DNA of 64,000 nucleotides from an uncultured Verrucomicrobiae bacterium (GCA_963782115.1 CAWAIK010000003.1:320001-384000), one strand, 5' to 3'; numbered from the stretch's first letter, positions 41,993-54,572 are shown. Notes: generated by a model not told the origin, from the letters alone. Translations and numbers: made by a program.

Positions 41993-44224
41993 TTAAATAG
42001 AAGCGCTAGGCGCCAGCAGATCCTCAATCTTGACAGGTAACCTTCGAATACGCACCCCAGAGGCGTGATAAACCGCAGAGGTGATCGCAGGTGCAATCCC
42101 CGCCAAGCCGATCTCTCCTACACCACGCGCGCCATATTCGTTCACCACAAGGTCAGGATAATCCAAAAACGTTACATCGATTTCTGGAGTATCGGCATTT
42201 ACCGACATACAGTAATCTGCGAGGTTATTATTGATCGGATGTCCAGTCCGAGAATCGTAGTGCGTTTCTTCAAAGAGGGCCATCCCGATGCCCATCATGA
42301 TCGCACCCTCGACCTGATTACGAGCTGGGCGCTGATTGATGATCCGGCCACCATCGATCACGGTCACAACCCGTCTGACTCGCAAGCGAGCAATTCCAGG
42401 ATCCCAAGTCACCTCCACAAAGTGAGCGCCAAACGAATGAGTGGAATATTTGTCGGATCGCTTGGTACCTTCTGATTTCCCATTACCGGCCGCCTCACTC
42501 ACGTTCGCATTCTTCAGGAAGGTCTCGTAAGGAATGCCATTATCAGGCGAACTGTTTTTCTCGTGGATTCTGCCATTCGTCAGCGCCAATTCGTCGAACT
42601 TCTTGCCAGCAAAGGGCGAGTTTAAGGATTGTGTGGCGGTGAACAGGAGGGTCGAGATCGCCTGGTCCGACGCTGCGCTTAGCGCAGGGATGACCGATGC
42701 AGTTACCATCGAACCGCCGGAGAGCGGTCCTGGAGGAAGGGCTGTATCCCCGAGAACGACAGTGATACGGTCCAGAGGGACTCCGGTCTTTGCGCTTACG
42801 ATTTGCGCGAGAATGGTGTAGGTGCCGGTACCAATGTCTTGGGTGGCGCAAGTGACGCGGACGGTGCCATCGCTCTTGAGTTCAACATTCGCTTCACAGG
42901 GAGAGCGCCCAGCAACCCACGAGCAGGCAGCCATTCCCCAACCCAACAGGAGGTCATCTTCCCGCATCGAACTCAGTGCAGGGTTGCGTTTTGACCAACC
43001 AAATTTGTCAGCACCCACCCTCAAACATTCTTGAAAATGGCGAGACGAAAAAGGAAGCCCGTTACTTTCGTCTTTTTGTGGTTCATTGCGCAGGCGAAAC
43101 TCCACGGGATCCAGGTTGAGTTTGATCGCCAATTCGTCCATCGCTGACTCGGTTGCAAAGAGACCTGGCACCGCGCCAGGCCCGCGCATCGCGGTCGGCG
43201 TACCGACATTGCGCCGGGCTAGTCCGGAAGCGACGCGCAAATTGGGAACACTGTAGAGATAGGGTGTCGCTTCGCCGCAATTCTCTTTGTGATTGTCCAG
43301 GATGGAAGTGTGATTAACGTAGTCATGTTGAAGTGAAACAAGTTTGCCCTCAGGAGTTGCGGCCAACCCGACCTTTTGCTGGGTGAGCGGGCGGTGGCCA
43401 ACGTTAGAGAACATCATGCCCCGGCTTAGTACGAGCTTCACAGGACGATTCAGTTTGCGGGAAGCGGCTGCTGCCAAGACGCTATGCGGCCAGGGGAAGA
43501 GTTTTCCGCCAAACCCCGATCCAAGAAAACGCGAGATGACTTGCACATTTTCTTTTGGGACTCCGAGAACCTGCGCCATCACGGCTCGATGATTCACGAC
43601 TCCTTGTGTCGTTTCATAGAGCGTGAACTTGGTACCATCCCAGACCGCGACTGACGAGTGCAGTTCGATAGGGTTATGCGTCTCCACGGGAGTCACATAG
43701 GTTTCTTCGATTTTCACGGGGGCGTTTGCGAATGCGGCCTCGGTGTCGCCGCGAGTGCTATCAACCTTCAGTTTCCCTTCGGGGTCGAGGTTATCGCTAA
43801 CGTCCGGTTCTTCCGAGCTATAGGCTACCTGCACAGCACCAGCAGCGGCTTGTGCCTGTTCGAATGTCTCCGCGACGGCGAGCGCAACATACTGGCCATT
43901 GTAATAAATGACATCATCTTCAAAAGGAGGCCGTCTTTCATCGAGATAAGCGGTAAAGGTCTGATATCGCGCAGATCTGTATAGCTTGCCAATATTCTGG
44001 CGATGGAGAACTGCCACGACGCCTGGCATCTTCTCGGCTTCCGAGGCGTCAAGTCGGGTGATTCTGCCCTTCGCCACGGTGCTGCACACAGGAACGGCGT
44101 AGACCATCCGTGGAAAATGGAAATCCGAAGTATACATTGCGTTACCGCTGACTTTAAGAGGGCCGTCGATACGCGGTACGGCTGCTCCAATAATCGAAGG
44201 AAATGCGTTTTCTGCTGAGGCCAT
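41993..44224 (-). CDS. Xanthine dehydrogenase family Mo-binding subunit (PaoC/YagR-like)
   Basis: RIDGPLKVSG, HNPIE, GSGFGGK, MRGPG, DIGTGTYT, GARGVGEIG. Confidence 0.92.
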   Translation of the reverse strand: MASAENAFPSIIGAAVPRIDGPLKVSGNAMYTSDFHFPRMVYAVPVCSTVAKGRITRLDASEAEKMPGVVAVLHRQNIGKLYRSARYQTFTAYLDERRPPFEDDVIYYNGQYVALAVAETFEQAQAAAGAVQVAYSSEEPDVSDNLDPEGKLKVDSTRGDTEAAFANAPVKIEETYVTPVETHNPIELHSSVAVWDGTKFTLYETTQGVVNHRAVMAQVLGVPKENVQVISRFLGSGFGGKLFPWPHSVLAAAASRKLNRPVKLVLSRGMMFSNVGHRPLTQQKVGLAATPEGKLVSLQHDYVNHTSILDNHKENCGEATPYLYSVPNLRVASGLARRNVGTPTAMRGPGAVPGLFATESAMDELAIKLNLDPVEFRLRNEPQKDESNGLPFSSRHFQECLRVGADKFGWSKRNPALSSMREDDLLLGWGMAACSWVAGRSPCEANVELKSDGTVRVTCATQDIGTGTYTILAQIVSAKTGVPLDRITVVLGDTALPPGPLSGGSMVTASVIPALSAASDQAISTLLFTATQSLNSPFAGKKFDELALTNGRIHEKNSSPDNGIPYETFLKNANVSEAAGNGKSEGTKRSDKYSTHSFGAHFVEVTWDPGIARLRVRRVVTVIDGGRIINQRPARNQVEGAIMMGIGMALFEETHYDSRTGHPINNNLADYCMSVNADTPEIDVTFLDYPDLVVNEYGARGVGEIGLAGIAPAITSAVYHASGVRIRRLPVKIEDLLAPSASI

Positions 44225-44244
44225 AGTTCTCTCCTTTGAAATTA

Positions 44245-45249
44245 TTACGCTGTTCGTGTCGCGAGCTTGAGCGCGCGAACCAGGCAACGCTTTGCCAATT
44301 CAACCTTGAAGCCATTCTCACTTTGCGGTCGGGCGTCGCGCAAAGCGGCTTCTGCTGCCACGCGAAAGTGCTCTTCGCCGGTTGTCTTTCCGTCCAAGGC
44401 TGTCTCGGCTTCGTGGGATCGCCAAGGCTTGGTGCCCACACCACCCAAAGCGATGCGGATGCGGGTGATTTTATCTTGCTGGACAGTGGCGACGACCGCC
44501 GCTGACGCCAAGGCAAACTCATAGGAGGCTCTGTCACGTAGCTTCAGGTAGATCGACTTGTTTCCGACAGGAGGTGGCGGCAGCGTCACGAACGTGATTA
44601 ATTCTCCCGGCTCAAGCACTGTTTCACGGTGCGGCGTGTCTCCAGGCAGCAGGAAGAATTCATCAATTGGCACGCTCCGCTCGCCGTTTGTGCCCTGGAT
44701 ATGAATGGTCGCTTCCAAAGCTGTTAGCGCTACGCTCATATCCGAGGGATTGGTCGCAATACAGTGTTCGCTCGTGCCGAGAATGGCGAGCGTCCGATTG
44801 AATCCGCCGATCGCCGAACAGGCCGTACCCGGCTCCCTTTTATGACAAGGCATAGTGGTGTCGCGGAAATAGACGCATCTTGTCCGTTGCAGCAGATTTC
44901 CCCCTGTGGTTGCCATGTTGCGCAATTGCGCCGAGGCCCCGGAGAGCAACGCCTGTGAGAGGACCGAATAGTCGCCTACGACCACAGGGTGATGGGAAAG
45001 GTCGGAGTTGCGGACAACCGCGCCGATCTTAAGGCCTCCATCCGGCAGAACTTCCACTTTATTCAGTGGCAGCTTATTTATGTCGATCACCTTTTGAGGT
45101 TTTTCAACGTTGAGCTTCATCAGGTCGATCAGTGTGGTACCGCCAGCGACAAAGCGGACCTGCGCTCCCTCTTGCGCTGTCGAGTTTTTGGCCGCTCCCT
45201 GAATGGCCTGGGTGACATCGGTGGCCTGGACTAATTCAAATGGATGCAT
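44245..45249 (-). CDS. FAD-binding subunit (PaoB/YagS-like)
   Basis: [45 protein letters not shown]. Confidence 0.92.
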   Translation of the reverse strand: MHPFELVQATDVTQAIQGAAKNSTAQEGAQVRFVAGGTTLIDLMKLNVEKPQKVIDINKLPLNKVEVLPDGGLKIGAVVRNSDLSHHPVVVGDYSVLSQALLSGASAQLRNMATTGGNLLQRTRCVYFRDTTMPCHKREPGTACSAIGGFNRTLAILGTSEHCIATNPSDMSVALTALEATIHIQGTNGERSVPIDEFFLLPGDTPHRETVLEPGELITFVTLPPPPVGNKSIYLKLRDRASYEFALASAAVVATVQQDKITRIRIALGGVGTKPWRSHEAETALDGKTTGEEHFRVAAEAALRDARPQSENGFKVELAKRCLVRALKLATRTA

Positions 45250-45919
45250 TTGTTCCTCCCAGTTTGCCTGCTTGGCGAACTTCTCGAATGGCCGCAATAA
45301 TGTTGCGATAAGCGCCGCATCTGCAGATATTTCCGCTCATCAGCTCTTGCACGTCAGCGTCTGTAGGACCACAAGGCTCGTTGAGCAGGGCCACTGCAGA
45401 CATGATCTGCCCTGAGGTGCAGTAACCGCACTGGAATCCGTCATGCTCCACGAACGCAGCCTGAACCGGATGCAGATTGCCCGGCTGACCGATGCCTTCG
45501 ATTGTGGTGATCTCTTCCCCTTGGTGCATCGCCGCAAAGGTCAGACAAGAGTTGATCCGGCGACCATTGATATGCACTGTGCAAGCGCCGCACTGACCGT
45601 GGTCGCACCCCTTCTTCGTTCCCGTAAGGTGCAAGTTCTCACGCAGACAGTCTAACAAGGTTGCCCGGGGATCAATTTGCAACCGGCGTTCTTGTCCATT
45701 CACCCGGAAAGTGACAGAAACGCCTCCAGGCACCGTAACAGGCGTCTCTGCCTCCTCTTGTTTGAGCTGGGTTTGTGCGAAGCCTAGCAAAGGAGTCGCG
45801 GCTGCAGCAGCAGCGCCAGTGGCTCCCAGCCGTGACAGGAACGTCCGACGGCTCAAGTGCCCAAAAGAGGGCGCTTCCTTTGGTTCAGTTTTTACTTCGC
45901 AGACTTTTTTTCTAGACAT
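45236..45919 (-). CDS. 2Fe-2S subunit with Tat signal (PaoA/YagT-like)
   Basis: [39 protein letters not shown]. Confidence 0.92.
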   Translation of the reverse strand: MSRKKVCEVKTEPKEAPSFGHLSRRTFLSRLGATGAAAAAATPLLGFAQTQLKQEEAETPVTVPGGVSVTFRVNGQERRLQIDPRATLLDCLRENLHLTGTKKGCDHGQCGACTVHINGRRINSCLTFAAMHQGEEITTIEGIGQPGNLHPVQAAFVEHDGFQCGYCTSGQIMSAVALLNEPCGPTDADVQELMSGNICRCGAYRNIIAAIREVRQAGKLGGTNASI

Positions 45920-46136
45920 GGAACTTCCTCCGTGGTTGACGCCATTGACTATTTTGCCTGGCATTTTCTGAAGCGCAGCGCCGATCAGGTAATATAGCCA
46001 AGGAATCGCGCAAAATAAGCCTAAAATTGGTTGCACGTTCCCCCGACAATTTGCTACATGGATCCGAAGTTCTTTTCAGCTCGATGCCCTCCTACCGGGA
46101 CCGAGAAATCGCATCGCTTAAAAGGAAACACGCGTT

Positions 46137-46742
46137 ATGCCTACTTCATGGAGAATTACCGGATCCTACTTTGAGGCCTGTAACTGCGAAGTAGCGTGCC
46201 CGTGTGTCTTTACAAGCCCGCCCTCAGGCGAGGAATGCACTGTTTTGATTGCCTGGCACATCGATCGAGGCAAGTTCGGAGAGATCGATCTGGATGGACT
46301 AAACGCCGTGCTTGTGGTCCATTCTCCCGGCCACATGTTGGAGGTCAAATGGAAAGTCGCCCTTTACGTGGACGAACTGGCAAACCAACGTCAGCAGGAC
46401 GCTTTGACCCAAATTTTCTCCGGCCAGGCGGGCGGCCATCTGGCGGGTCTTGCGCCGCTGATAGGCGAAGTCCTGGGGGTTAAGGCAGCGCCGATCCAAT
46501 ATCGTTCCGAAGGCAAACGACGCAGCTTGCGCCTGGGCGACTTCGCCGATGCAGAGATTGATGGATTGGCTGGCCAGGACGGTGGTGATGTGACTATCGA
46601 TAATCATCCATTCACCGCAGTGCCGGGCTTTCCAGCCGTCGTGGCAAAGTCTAAACAAATGAGATTCAGCGATTACGGCCTGAAGTGGGAGGTGTCGAAC
46701 AAGAACGGATTCTTTTCGCCATTCGCTTACCAGTCTGCCTGA
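46137..46742 (+). CDS. DUF1326 protein
   Basis: WRITGSYFEACNCEVACPC..C, IFSGQAGG. Confidence 0.88.
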   Translation: MPTSWRITGSYFEACNCEVACPCVFTSPPSGEECTVLIAWHIDRGKFGEIDLDGLNAVLVVHSPGHMLEVKWKVALYVDELANQRQQDALTQIFSGQAGGHLAGLAPLIGEVLGVKAAPIQYRSEGKRRSLRLGDFADAEIDGLAGQDGGDVTIDNHPFTAVPGFPAVVAKSKQMRFSDYGLKWEVSNKNGFFSPFAYQSA

Positions 46743-46748
46743 ACCGAC

Positions 46749-47534
46749 GTGTCCGTGAGCCCGAGCCTGGTAACAGTACTTAAGCGCGATCGCGCGATCG
46801 TCGCGTTTGGTCTGGCGGGGGTCGCGGCTCTATCGTGGGCATACCTGATCTACATGGATTGGGGAATGCGCCATATGGATGTCGGGATGGAGATGGTCAT
46901 CATGCCAGCCATGCAGCATTGGACCGCTTGGGATCTCGTCCTCGTTTTTCTGATGTGGGCGATCATGATGGTTGGCATGATGGTCCCCGCCGCCAGCCCG
47001 GTGATTCTGCTTTTTGCTGAGATAAATCGACGTCGCAACGAGCATCAAGGCACGTTCGTGCGGACTGGACAATTCCTGCTGGGTTATCTGACGGCGTGGA
47101 CGGGCTTCAGCGTAGTTGCCACGCTGACCCAGTGGGGCCTGCTTACGGCGGCTTTGGTTTCACCGATGATGGTGAGCACGAGCAAAGCATTGGGCGGGGG
47201 ATTGCTGCTCGCCGCAGGTCTCTTTCAGTTCAGCCGTCTGAAATATGCCTGTCTGGCTCATTGCCGGTCTCCAATGGGATTTTTGGCGACCGAATGGCGG
47301 GACGGCTCAGGGAGCGCATTCAGGATGGGACTGAAGCACGGCTGGCACTGTCTTGGCTGTTGTTGGGCATTGATGGCTCTCCTTTTTGCCTTTGGAGTAA
47401 TGAACTTGTTATGGGTCGCCAGTATCAGCGGTTTTGTCCTGCTGGAGAAGATCATCCCAGCGAACAAATTGGTCAGCCGTCTTAGCGGTCTTTTGTTCAT
47501 CGGCTGGGCGGCATGGATTGTTCTTGGCTCGTAA
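46749..47534 (+). CDS. DUF2182 metal-binding integral membrane protein
   Basis: MWAIMMVGMMVP, KYACLAHCRSP, CLGCCWALM..GVMNL..LLEK. Confidence 0.88.
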   Translation: MSVSPSLVTVLKRDRAIVAFGLAGVAALSWAYLIYMDWGMRHMDVGMEMVIMPAMQHWTAWDLVLVFLMWAIMMVGMMVPAASPVILLFAEINRRRNEHQGTFVRTGQFLLGYLTAWTGFSVVATLTQWGLLTAALVSPMMVSTSKALGGGLLLAAGLFQFSRLKYACLAHCRSPMGFLATEWRDGSGSAFRMGLKHGWHCLGCCWALMALLFAFGVMNLLWVASISGFVLLEKIIPANKLVSRLSGLLFIGWAAWIVLGS

Positions 47535-47636
47535 ATTTACGAAGCGTCCTGCAGAGTCCGAGCTTGCCTTTAGAGAACCGACCCAACGTGGATCTGCGTA
47601 AATCAGCTCGTGAAAGGAGGTGTGGATTTTTCAGGC

Positions 47637-50190
47637 TCAAATGTCGGCTCCTCCGTCCACTCCCAACGCAATTCCTGTAGTGAAGCTCGCCAGTGGCGAG
47701 CAGAGATAAAGCACCGCCGCAGCGATTTCTTCCAGGCGGCCAACGCGCCCCGTGGGCCTGTTGCTGGCCATGAAGGCGCCTCTTCTCATCGGCGATCCTT
47801 CGGGCCGTCATCTCCGTGGCAGTGGGGCGCATCTCCGACTTGTTAAAATTCTAGTTCCAGAGATAAGCGAAAGTGTTGTTTTGGATCATAACGCCTAGGG
47901 CCAGGAGATTCCGTAGACCCGGCCTTTTCCAGAACTGGCCTGTGCGTTTGAACCGATCTTGGAACTGGCTGCATTGTGACTCTACTGCGCCAGATCCGAT
48001 CGGAGCACCACGCTCGGCCACAGCTTGGTAGTCGAGATGATCACGGTGATTGAGAAAGTATTGGATCTGACGTTCGAGTTGAGGGTCGGCACAGTCATCG
48101 TGCGCTGGATGACCTTGGAGGGATGGCTTTGGGAGTATTTGCTCGAGGCGTGTGATAACGCGTGAACTTTCGCCGTGGCGCAATTGGTGTAGCAACGGTT
48201 CGACAAAGGCGCGTGCTGCCTCAGCATCATGGGGGTAGAGGTAATGGGCCAGCTCCCATAGACGCTGGCTGGCGTGATAAAAGTCCAGCGTGCCGCTAAA
48301 ACGATCTTCGATCAAGGACCACAGCCAGAGGGCTCCATCGACGACGACGAAGACTTCTTGCGCCCGAGCCATACCGCACCAGAGCGCTTGCTGTTGCACG
48401 GCAGCTCCGAACTCCAGCACCCCGGTGCCAGGTGGACAAGCGACGACTTTCTTTTGCGTCAACGCTCCCCGGCCCGAGGCTGTCTGTGCCCGATGATCAA
48501 GCCGGTAAATAACCCCGGATTTGACTTCATGCCATTCGACGCGTTGGGCATCTTGGCAATCCGGTGGTGCGGCCCATTGCGGCCCACGTTCACGCACCAT
48601 CCAACCATCGAGCATGATCACAAGCGAAAAGGGTGCTTCGTTCTTGGTTGATCTTGCAGGCTCGGGTCGGTCGCAGGCGGATTGCTCTGCCTGTAAACCG
48701 ACGCTCTGCACCTGACTATGGACCAAGTCATCGCTGATCGTAGTGCCCCAGCAGCCAGCCAACAGCGCGGCTTTCTGATAGGAACCGGTTTGGGTCGCGG
48801 TGTAACAGAGCTTCTGCTGTAGTTGCGGGCTGACACGCTTATAAGGACTCAACCCCCACTGTTCGCGTGCCGGAGAAAGCCACCGCTGCAGGACGCTCGA
48901 AAAACCATAGGCAGCTCGCACCTTCACTGTGCCAACGCAGGTCATCAGTGAGAACTCACGCATGCGCACATATTTCAATACCAGGCCGCTTTGTGGACAG
49001 AGCGCCCCGATTTGATCGGCCTGCGCTTGGAGCCGCTCCTCCAACCGCTGAGGGGTCCACTCGTGGCCTTCAGCTAGGGTTTGAGCTTCAATTTCCAGTA
49101 GGACCTTCATCTAGAGCCGGTAGAGATAAACTGCTTTGGGCGGCACGCTCAGAGTCCGGTCGCGGTCGTAGCGGCTGCGACCACGCGCTTGGCCAACACA
49201 ACGCCAGTTGGCGGCCTGATAACAGGTACCGCGAAAACGTCCCAGCTCCACAAAGCTCTCCAGCCAATCCAAGCCATGTCCGTATTTTTGTTGCCAGTCC
49301 CCACTGATTCGTCGCGCTACCAAAGCCAGCAGATGACTGGCTAGATGCGGTACCCGCACATGTGGCAAAATCAAAAACCGGCTGTTGTTGGCTATCCGCT
49401 GAAGTCCAACCAGATGCTCTGATTCGCTCCAGTTCAAGTACCGATCGCGCGCTGCGCAGCGCCAAGCCGCAGCCCCAAACAGGAGCACAGCTAAATCCCG
49501 CCCTGAGCTATCTCGGGCCAGATACCCGATGTTTTGCCCCACTACGTGCCATCCCAAATAGTGGTAACGATCTAAATAAAATGCTACTCGCCGCACCCCT
49601 TCGCTGCTGACTTCCACCCAATCGAGCTCGACAGGCCGTAGTCGCTTCAACTCCGCGCAGAGTGGCTCCACCCAAGCGTTTGCGCTCCACTCCTTTTGTA
49701 TTCTCGCACCGGTGGCAGTTCGATCAGTCCGCGCTCGGCTAGCTTGCACAGAAAACTGCGTGCCGCAAAATCCTTCAGCCGCCCCACGCCGTTGCGCCAA
49801 TCCCACAATACGCACAGCTCCCGCGCCAAGCGCTTCCGACTCCAATCCCCATGCGTTACTATCCATCCACGCAACCATTCTAGTTCTTCGGGTGATATCC
49901 TTCGTCCCTGACAGATCATCGGCCGCAACATGCAGCTCTTTCTTCCATAAAAAAAGAGAAGTAGGCCAGCAAAAAGTTTAACAAACCGGAGATGCGCCCG
50001 TGGCAGTGAGCGCGGGAGAAACCGCGTTGACACGAAGGCCCTCTTTTGCCAGCGCCAGCGTCAGGGACTTAGTAGTCAGACCGATGATGGCGAATTTGCT
50101 CGCATTGTAGATGGCCGATGGAAGTGTGGGCCGGATTCCCAATACAGACGCGTTGTGTGCTGCCGAAGCTTCGAAAATATGGAACCGTAT
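47637..50190 (-). pseudogene. SDR gene fragment split by the ISKra4-like element
   Basis: Before IS: NASVLG..AIYNASKFAIIGL..GLRVNAVSPALTAT; after [30 protein letters not shown]. Confidence 0.7.
47825..49999 (-). mobile_element. ISKra4-like element: transposase 47851..49110 plus frameshifted DUF4338 ORF
   Basis: IRs gggcgcatctccg.. at both ends, 9-bp TSD gtggcagtg; MLDG, WHEVK, VDGALWLW, LDFYHA, IGSGAVES; DUF4338 YHYLG..NNSRFLILP..HLASHLL. Confidence 0.88.
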
Positions 50191-50859
50191 TCGCGACCGA
50201 AAGACAGCCGATTGAGCGAGAGGGGAGCTTAAATCCGGACAAGCCCGCTGGTCCGGATGTGCGATTCGACTTGCGAACGGGACGGGTCGAGGGGTTGAAT
50301 TTGATCAATCGCCGTGGAATTGGCCATTGAAGAGGTTTGCCGGTCGCCGGGAACAGGATATATGAAAGAGACTATCATCACGCACCGGGTTCGCGCTTGG
50401 CAATAGTCCGAGCCGGAAGGAAACACCCCTTTTCTAATGTCCGGCTGCTCATGGCCACGGAATCGCCGAAAGTAAGTCTCGGTGCAGTAGAGGAACAAAG
50501 TCCCGCCCAGTCCAATCTGTCTAACATCAGCGAGACCAGCTGCCACCTAATGCACCGTCTCGCATATAGCCGATGAAAACCTTAGGTGGCGAAATCGGCA
50601 TTTTGCGACTCCGATCTTTTCCCGCCGCGAATGAGGCTCTTATAAGATACTATCAAAAACCTAAGCTGCCATCGTCGAAAGGCTGCCGGATCGGATGAAC
50701 GATCTGTGTAATGCGTCGGTTCATTTTGCACGGATGCATGCCCGACCAACTGCCGGGAGAGCCTTCGCGCAGAATCGGACGCGCCGACTATCAATTCGGC
50801 TTTCGGTTCTCTTCTACAGGTTCCTAGACTAGTACGTGCTTGGGCTTTCGACAGATCTT

Positions 50860-51960
50860 CTATGGCCGCGCCTCCAGGATCATGTTGAACGGCGTTTCCG
50901 CGGCGCGGCGAAACCGGGTAAATCCGCCCTGCGAGAGAACCTCCCTTAAGCGCCGCTCACCCGCTTGCGCTCCAAGAGCAAGGCCGACCTCCTGACTGAG
51001 CGAAGCAGGAGTACAGATCATTGTCGAGAATCCGTAATACACTCTGCCAACTGGATTCATGTTCTCAGCCAGGGAATCTCCTGCCATGGGCTCCACGATC
51101 ATGAATGTGCCGTCAGGTTGAAGGGATTCTTTGATATGTGACGCAGCTCCAACCGGGTCGCCCATGTCGTGCAGGGCATCGAATATGGTCACAAATCCAT
51201 GGTCGCGACCTGGAAATTCTTTGGCCGAAGCGACGCTGAAATGGACGTTCGTGACTTGCTGTTCCTCAGCGTGACGATTCGCTGCCTCGATGGAAGCCGG
51301 GTGCAGATCAAATCCATGGAATTCAGATTGAGGGAACTTCTTCGCCATGATGAGGGTGGATAAGCCATGACCACATCCGATGTCCGCGACCTTGGTCCCG
51401 GCGTTCAACTTTTGCTGGACGCCGTCAAGCGCGGGAATCCAATTCTCGTTTATATTGGCTTGATAACCGGGACGAAAAAACCGCTCTGTCCCACAAAAAA
51501 GGCAGGGGTGATGCTTTCCCCACGGCAAACCCGCTCCAGTTCGAAAACTTTCGGCGATAAGCGGCTCATCGTGGTAGATGGACGAGATGCCGTAGAACCC
51601 TCCCGTCATCGCCGCCGGACTATCTGGATCTGCAAACACTGCCGTCTGTTCGGCTGTGAGAAAAAAAGTCCCGCTTGCCGCGTCATAGGTAACGTATCCA
51701 GAAGCGGCTTGGGCACTGAGCCATTCGCGCAGATGCCGCTCATTGAGGTTGGTCTTTTCGGCGAGTTCCTGCGATGTTGTCCGGCCAGTATCCGCAAGCG
51801 CTGTGTAAATTCCCAGCCGGTCGCCAAGGACAACGAGCGCTCCGTTTACGGCTGCCCCAAGATCGTTGACCATCTGCCCGAGAAGCTTATTAAGGGCGTC
51901 AGGGTTCAATGAAGGTCTGCCGGCGCCATGCGACATTTCAGTTCCATCTGTAGTTTCCAT
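50860..51960 (-). CDS. Class I SAM-dependent methyltransferase with N-terminal wHTH (Rv2258c-like)
   Basis: GDRLG, LREWL..QAASGY, VADIGCGHG, FDALHDMGDP, PASLSQEVGLALGAQAG. Confidence 0.9.
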   Translation of the reverse strand: METTDGTEMSHGAGRPSLNPDALNKLLGQMVNDLGAAVNGALVVLGDRLGIYTALADTGRTTSQELAEKTNLNERHLREWLSAQAASGYVTYDAASGTFFLTAEQTAVFADPDSPAAMTGGFYGISSIYHDEPLIAESFRTGAGLPWGKHHPCLFCGTERFFRPGYQANINENWIPALDGVQQKLNAGTKVADIGCGHGLSTLIMAKKFPQSEFHGFDLHPASIEAANRHAEEQQVTNVHFSVASAKEFPGRDHGFVTIFDALHDMGDPVGAASHIKESLQPDGTFMIVEPMAGDSLAENMNPVGRVYYGFSTMICTPASLSQEVGLALGAQAGERRLREVLSQGGFTRFRRAAETPFNMILEARP

Positions 51961-52484
51961 AACTGTTTTTCTTTGTCGAGATTGTAGAGGTATACCCGCT
52001 GCCGGCGTTCCAGGAACGCTGCGAACGGAGACTGTCTAAAGGTGCAAGCGAACGCAAGTAAACCCTACGACTGGAGTCGAACTGACCTACAGGCTGAATG
52101 TTGTCGCCCAGACTTTCGCTGAGGCTATTGGTACCTTTCCTCGTGGCGAAGAGAAAAGACGATTACCCCGCTCCTAAAGGGCTCGACCGTGACAGGAATG
52201 CCTGCGCTTTGCAATGTTTTTCTGAATCGGCCGTCTTGCATAGCGCTATACTCTTTTCGACGAGATGCGATTGCTTTTGCGTAGACAGCAAGCTTGGCCC
52301 TGACGGGTTGTCTTCTGACTTCGTCGGAGATGGACTCGTCTTCAAAGCTTCAGGCACGGAGAGGCACCAGAGGAGGAAAGAGTGTTTAGGACATTCGTGC
52401 TTGCCGCCGACAAGGTCGAGCTTATTCGAAGACCTGGGACCCGTCTGTACGGGCAATGGCATTCCGTCTAGCGAATCTCAGCGG

Positions 52485-52889
52485 TCAAATGTCGGCGTAA
52501 TCCTCTTCGCGGGGGACCTGAATCTCAAAGCCTTCTTCGGCCAGTCCACTTTGAAACTCGATCACCATCTCGTTCATTTTGTGAAGGAGCGCGGAAACGC
52601 TCGAAGCGAAAATTAGGTAGCCACTGAATTCGGCGGCGGCGATCAAACCGCAGTAACCGCAGAAACCCGGCTCGGGGCACAGCACCCGAGGTGTTCGTTT
52701 TGAATGCACAAGGCCGATTGCCTCGGGCGCCAGGAACCGCGCCTTCGCCTCGATATCTTCGACAAACCCGGCGTCGGGCGCGTACTTGGTCATGGTCTCA
52801 TCCAGTTTATCCAGTTCGACTTGGATCGTGATCACCTTTGCTTCAGAAATCATCTGGTAATTTACTTCTCGAATACATTTTCGCCTCAT
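52485..52889 (-). CDS. Hypothetical protein
   Basis: 134-aa ORF with plausible composition, no motif recognised. Confidence 0.35.
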   Translation of the reverse strand: MRRKCIREVNYQMISEAKVITIQVELDKLDETMTKYAPDAGFVEDIEAKARFLAPEAIGLVHSKRTPRVLCPEPGFCGYCGLIAAAEFSGYLIFASSVSALLHKMNEMVIEFQSGLAEEGFEIQVPREEDYADI

Positions 52890-53014
52890 TTACAAAATGA
52901 AACCTGGACAGGGGTTGCGCCATTCTCGACCGTGCTCGACGAGAAATGGCAGAGTGATTTTGGTAGAGAGCTGTACTTTAAGTGTTTAAGCCGCTCTTCA
53001 GCCACGTCATCTTT

Positions 53015-53057
<43 letters not shown>

Positions 53058-54046
53058 GTTCGAGTCCCAGAGCTGGTCGACGGGCGACTGGGTACCTCAA
53101 AAAACGCGGCATACAATCGCGTTTCCGTCAGGGAATAGCACCTTTTTGCTGACTGACCGGCGGGAGATTGGTCAAGCCGAGCGTCAGGTCGTAGACCGAA
53201 GCGATCCGAGAGTCTCCTGATCCGGAGCAAATTATTTTTTTTGGGAAGCGCGAACTCTTGGGTAATAGCCAATCGTCGACAACCCAAGCGAGGAAGCCAC
53301 TAAGGACGAAACAGGTGGGATGGCTCGAATCCCTATCAACGGAACCAAAGTCTCTCTATGGACAACCAATTACATGATCAAGGAAGCGCGTTATTTTGGA
53401 GAGTAAGGCCGTGTACGCGTGCGACCTGTCGGTCGTGGTGACGCCAGCGGTACGCACTAAACGGCGGAAACTCGGCAGGACCCAAGGCATATACTATCCC
53501 CCTACTGAACCTCGAAGAACGCACTTCCCGCCTCAATGTCGTGAATGAGGATCATAACTTTGTAGATTGATTGCGAAGTAAGAGCCTCGGTCCGGAGATC
53601 GTAGATGTATTCGCAATCCTTTATGTGGAAATTTGCGCGCAGCAACACAGTCGGATCTTTCAGCAAGCTGAGTGAGAGTTTGGCATGAGGGGAAATCACA
53701 GGTCGCCTTTGACTTGGCCTTTCCGGTCGCTAGTTGCGGATTCACCGACCTTGGGAACAGGAAGTAAGCGGTACGTGGGTAACCATGAGCAATCCTGCGA
53801 CCCAACCGTTGCCTCAAGGAAGCTTGGCGATCCGGCACAATAGCCGGGATCAAATACAGATCTGCAAAGCATTCTGCCAAGGATCTGAACCTTCTAGTGT
53901 TTCCAGATCGACTACCTTGGCTGATGCCATACCTCAACATTGGTGGTTGTTTTAGCGCTAGTGTAGGTGATGCCTTCGATCTGCCATCTAACGCGCAATC
54001 GAGCCAGCTAATCCAGTTTACGGTGCAGACCATCCGATATTAGCTA

Positions 54047-54226
54047 TTGCTCGTCGGTTACGTCCCGCACCAGTTTTTCATAGCCGCCGCGAAAACAGGA
54101 GTGGCACAATCGCAAAACTGGTGCGGGACGCGCCCTCCTAATAGCGCTAGTCCGGCTCGGGCCGCCTTACCGACGGCCCATTTTGAACGCAACGCCATCA
54201 CCATTATATGCGAGACGGTGCACTAG
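54047..54226. mobile_element. Partial second copy of the 21788-22138 MITE (one end)
   Basis: Diverged reverse complement of 21788-21966, with intact 31-bp TIR ending ctag at 54226. Confidence 0.8.
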
Positions 54227-54572
54227 GGGCTGATCGCCACGGAAGCGCCCCCAACCCGGCTCTGCTGGACCCCGGCCAAGTGGCGTAGGCCGAACCTCTC
54301 ATCCGGCAACCTGGAGTACGCGCTCCAGCAAAATTATTCGCGGGGGATGCGCCAGTTTCGATCGACTTCGCAATGAATGACCATTCGAGAAATGGGGTCG
54401 AGCTGCCTTAATGCAAACAACATCCGCGGTGGACCTTCATGGACAAGCAGGGACGCTTGCCCTTGACGTGCAACAGGTTCGATACGGTCCACGTTCCGAC
54501 GCTGATCGGTAATTGGGGGAACCATTACAGGACCGGACCAGGAAGCAGCCTGTCTGCCTCCACGTTACCGTC

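Noticed and set aside
49111..49922. Druantia anti-phage system (DruA-like DUF4338, also at 26880-27469)
   Set aside because: Both copies lie inside IS boundaries with TSDs; no DruE helicase or other Dru genes.
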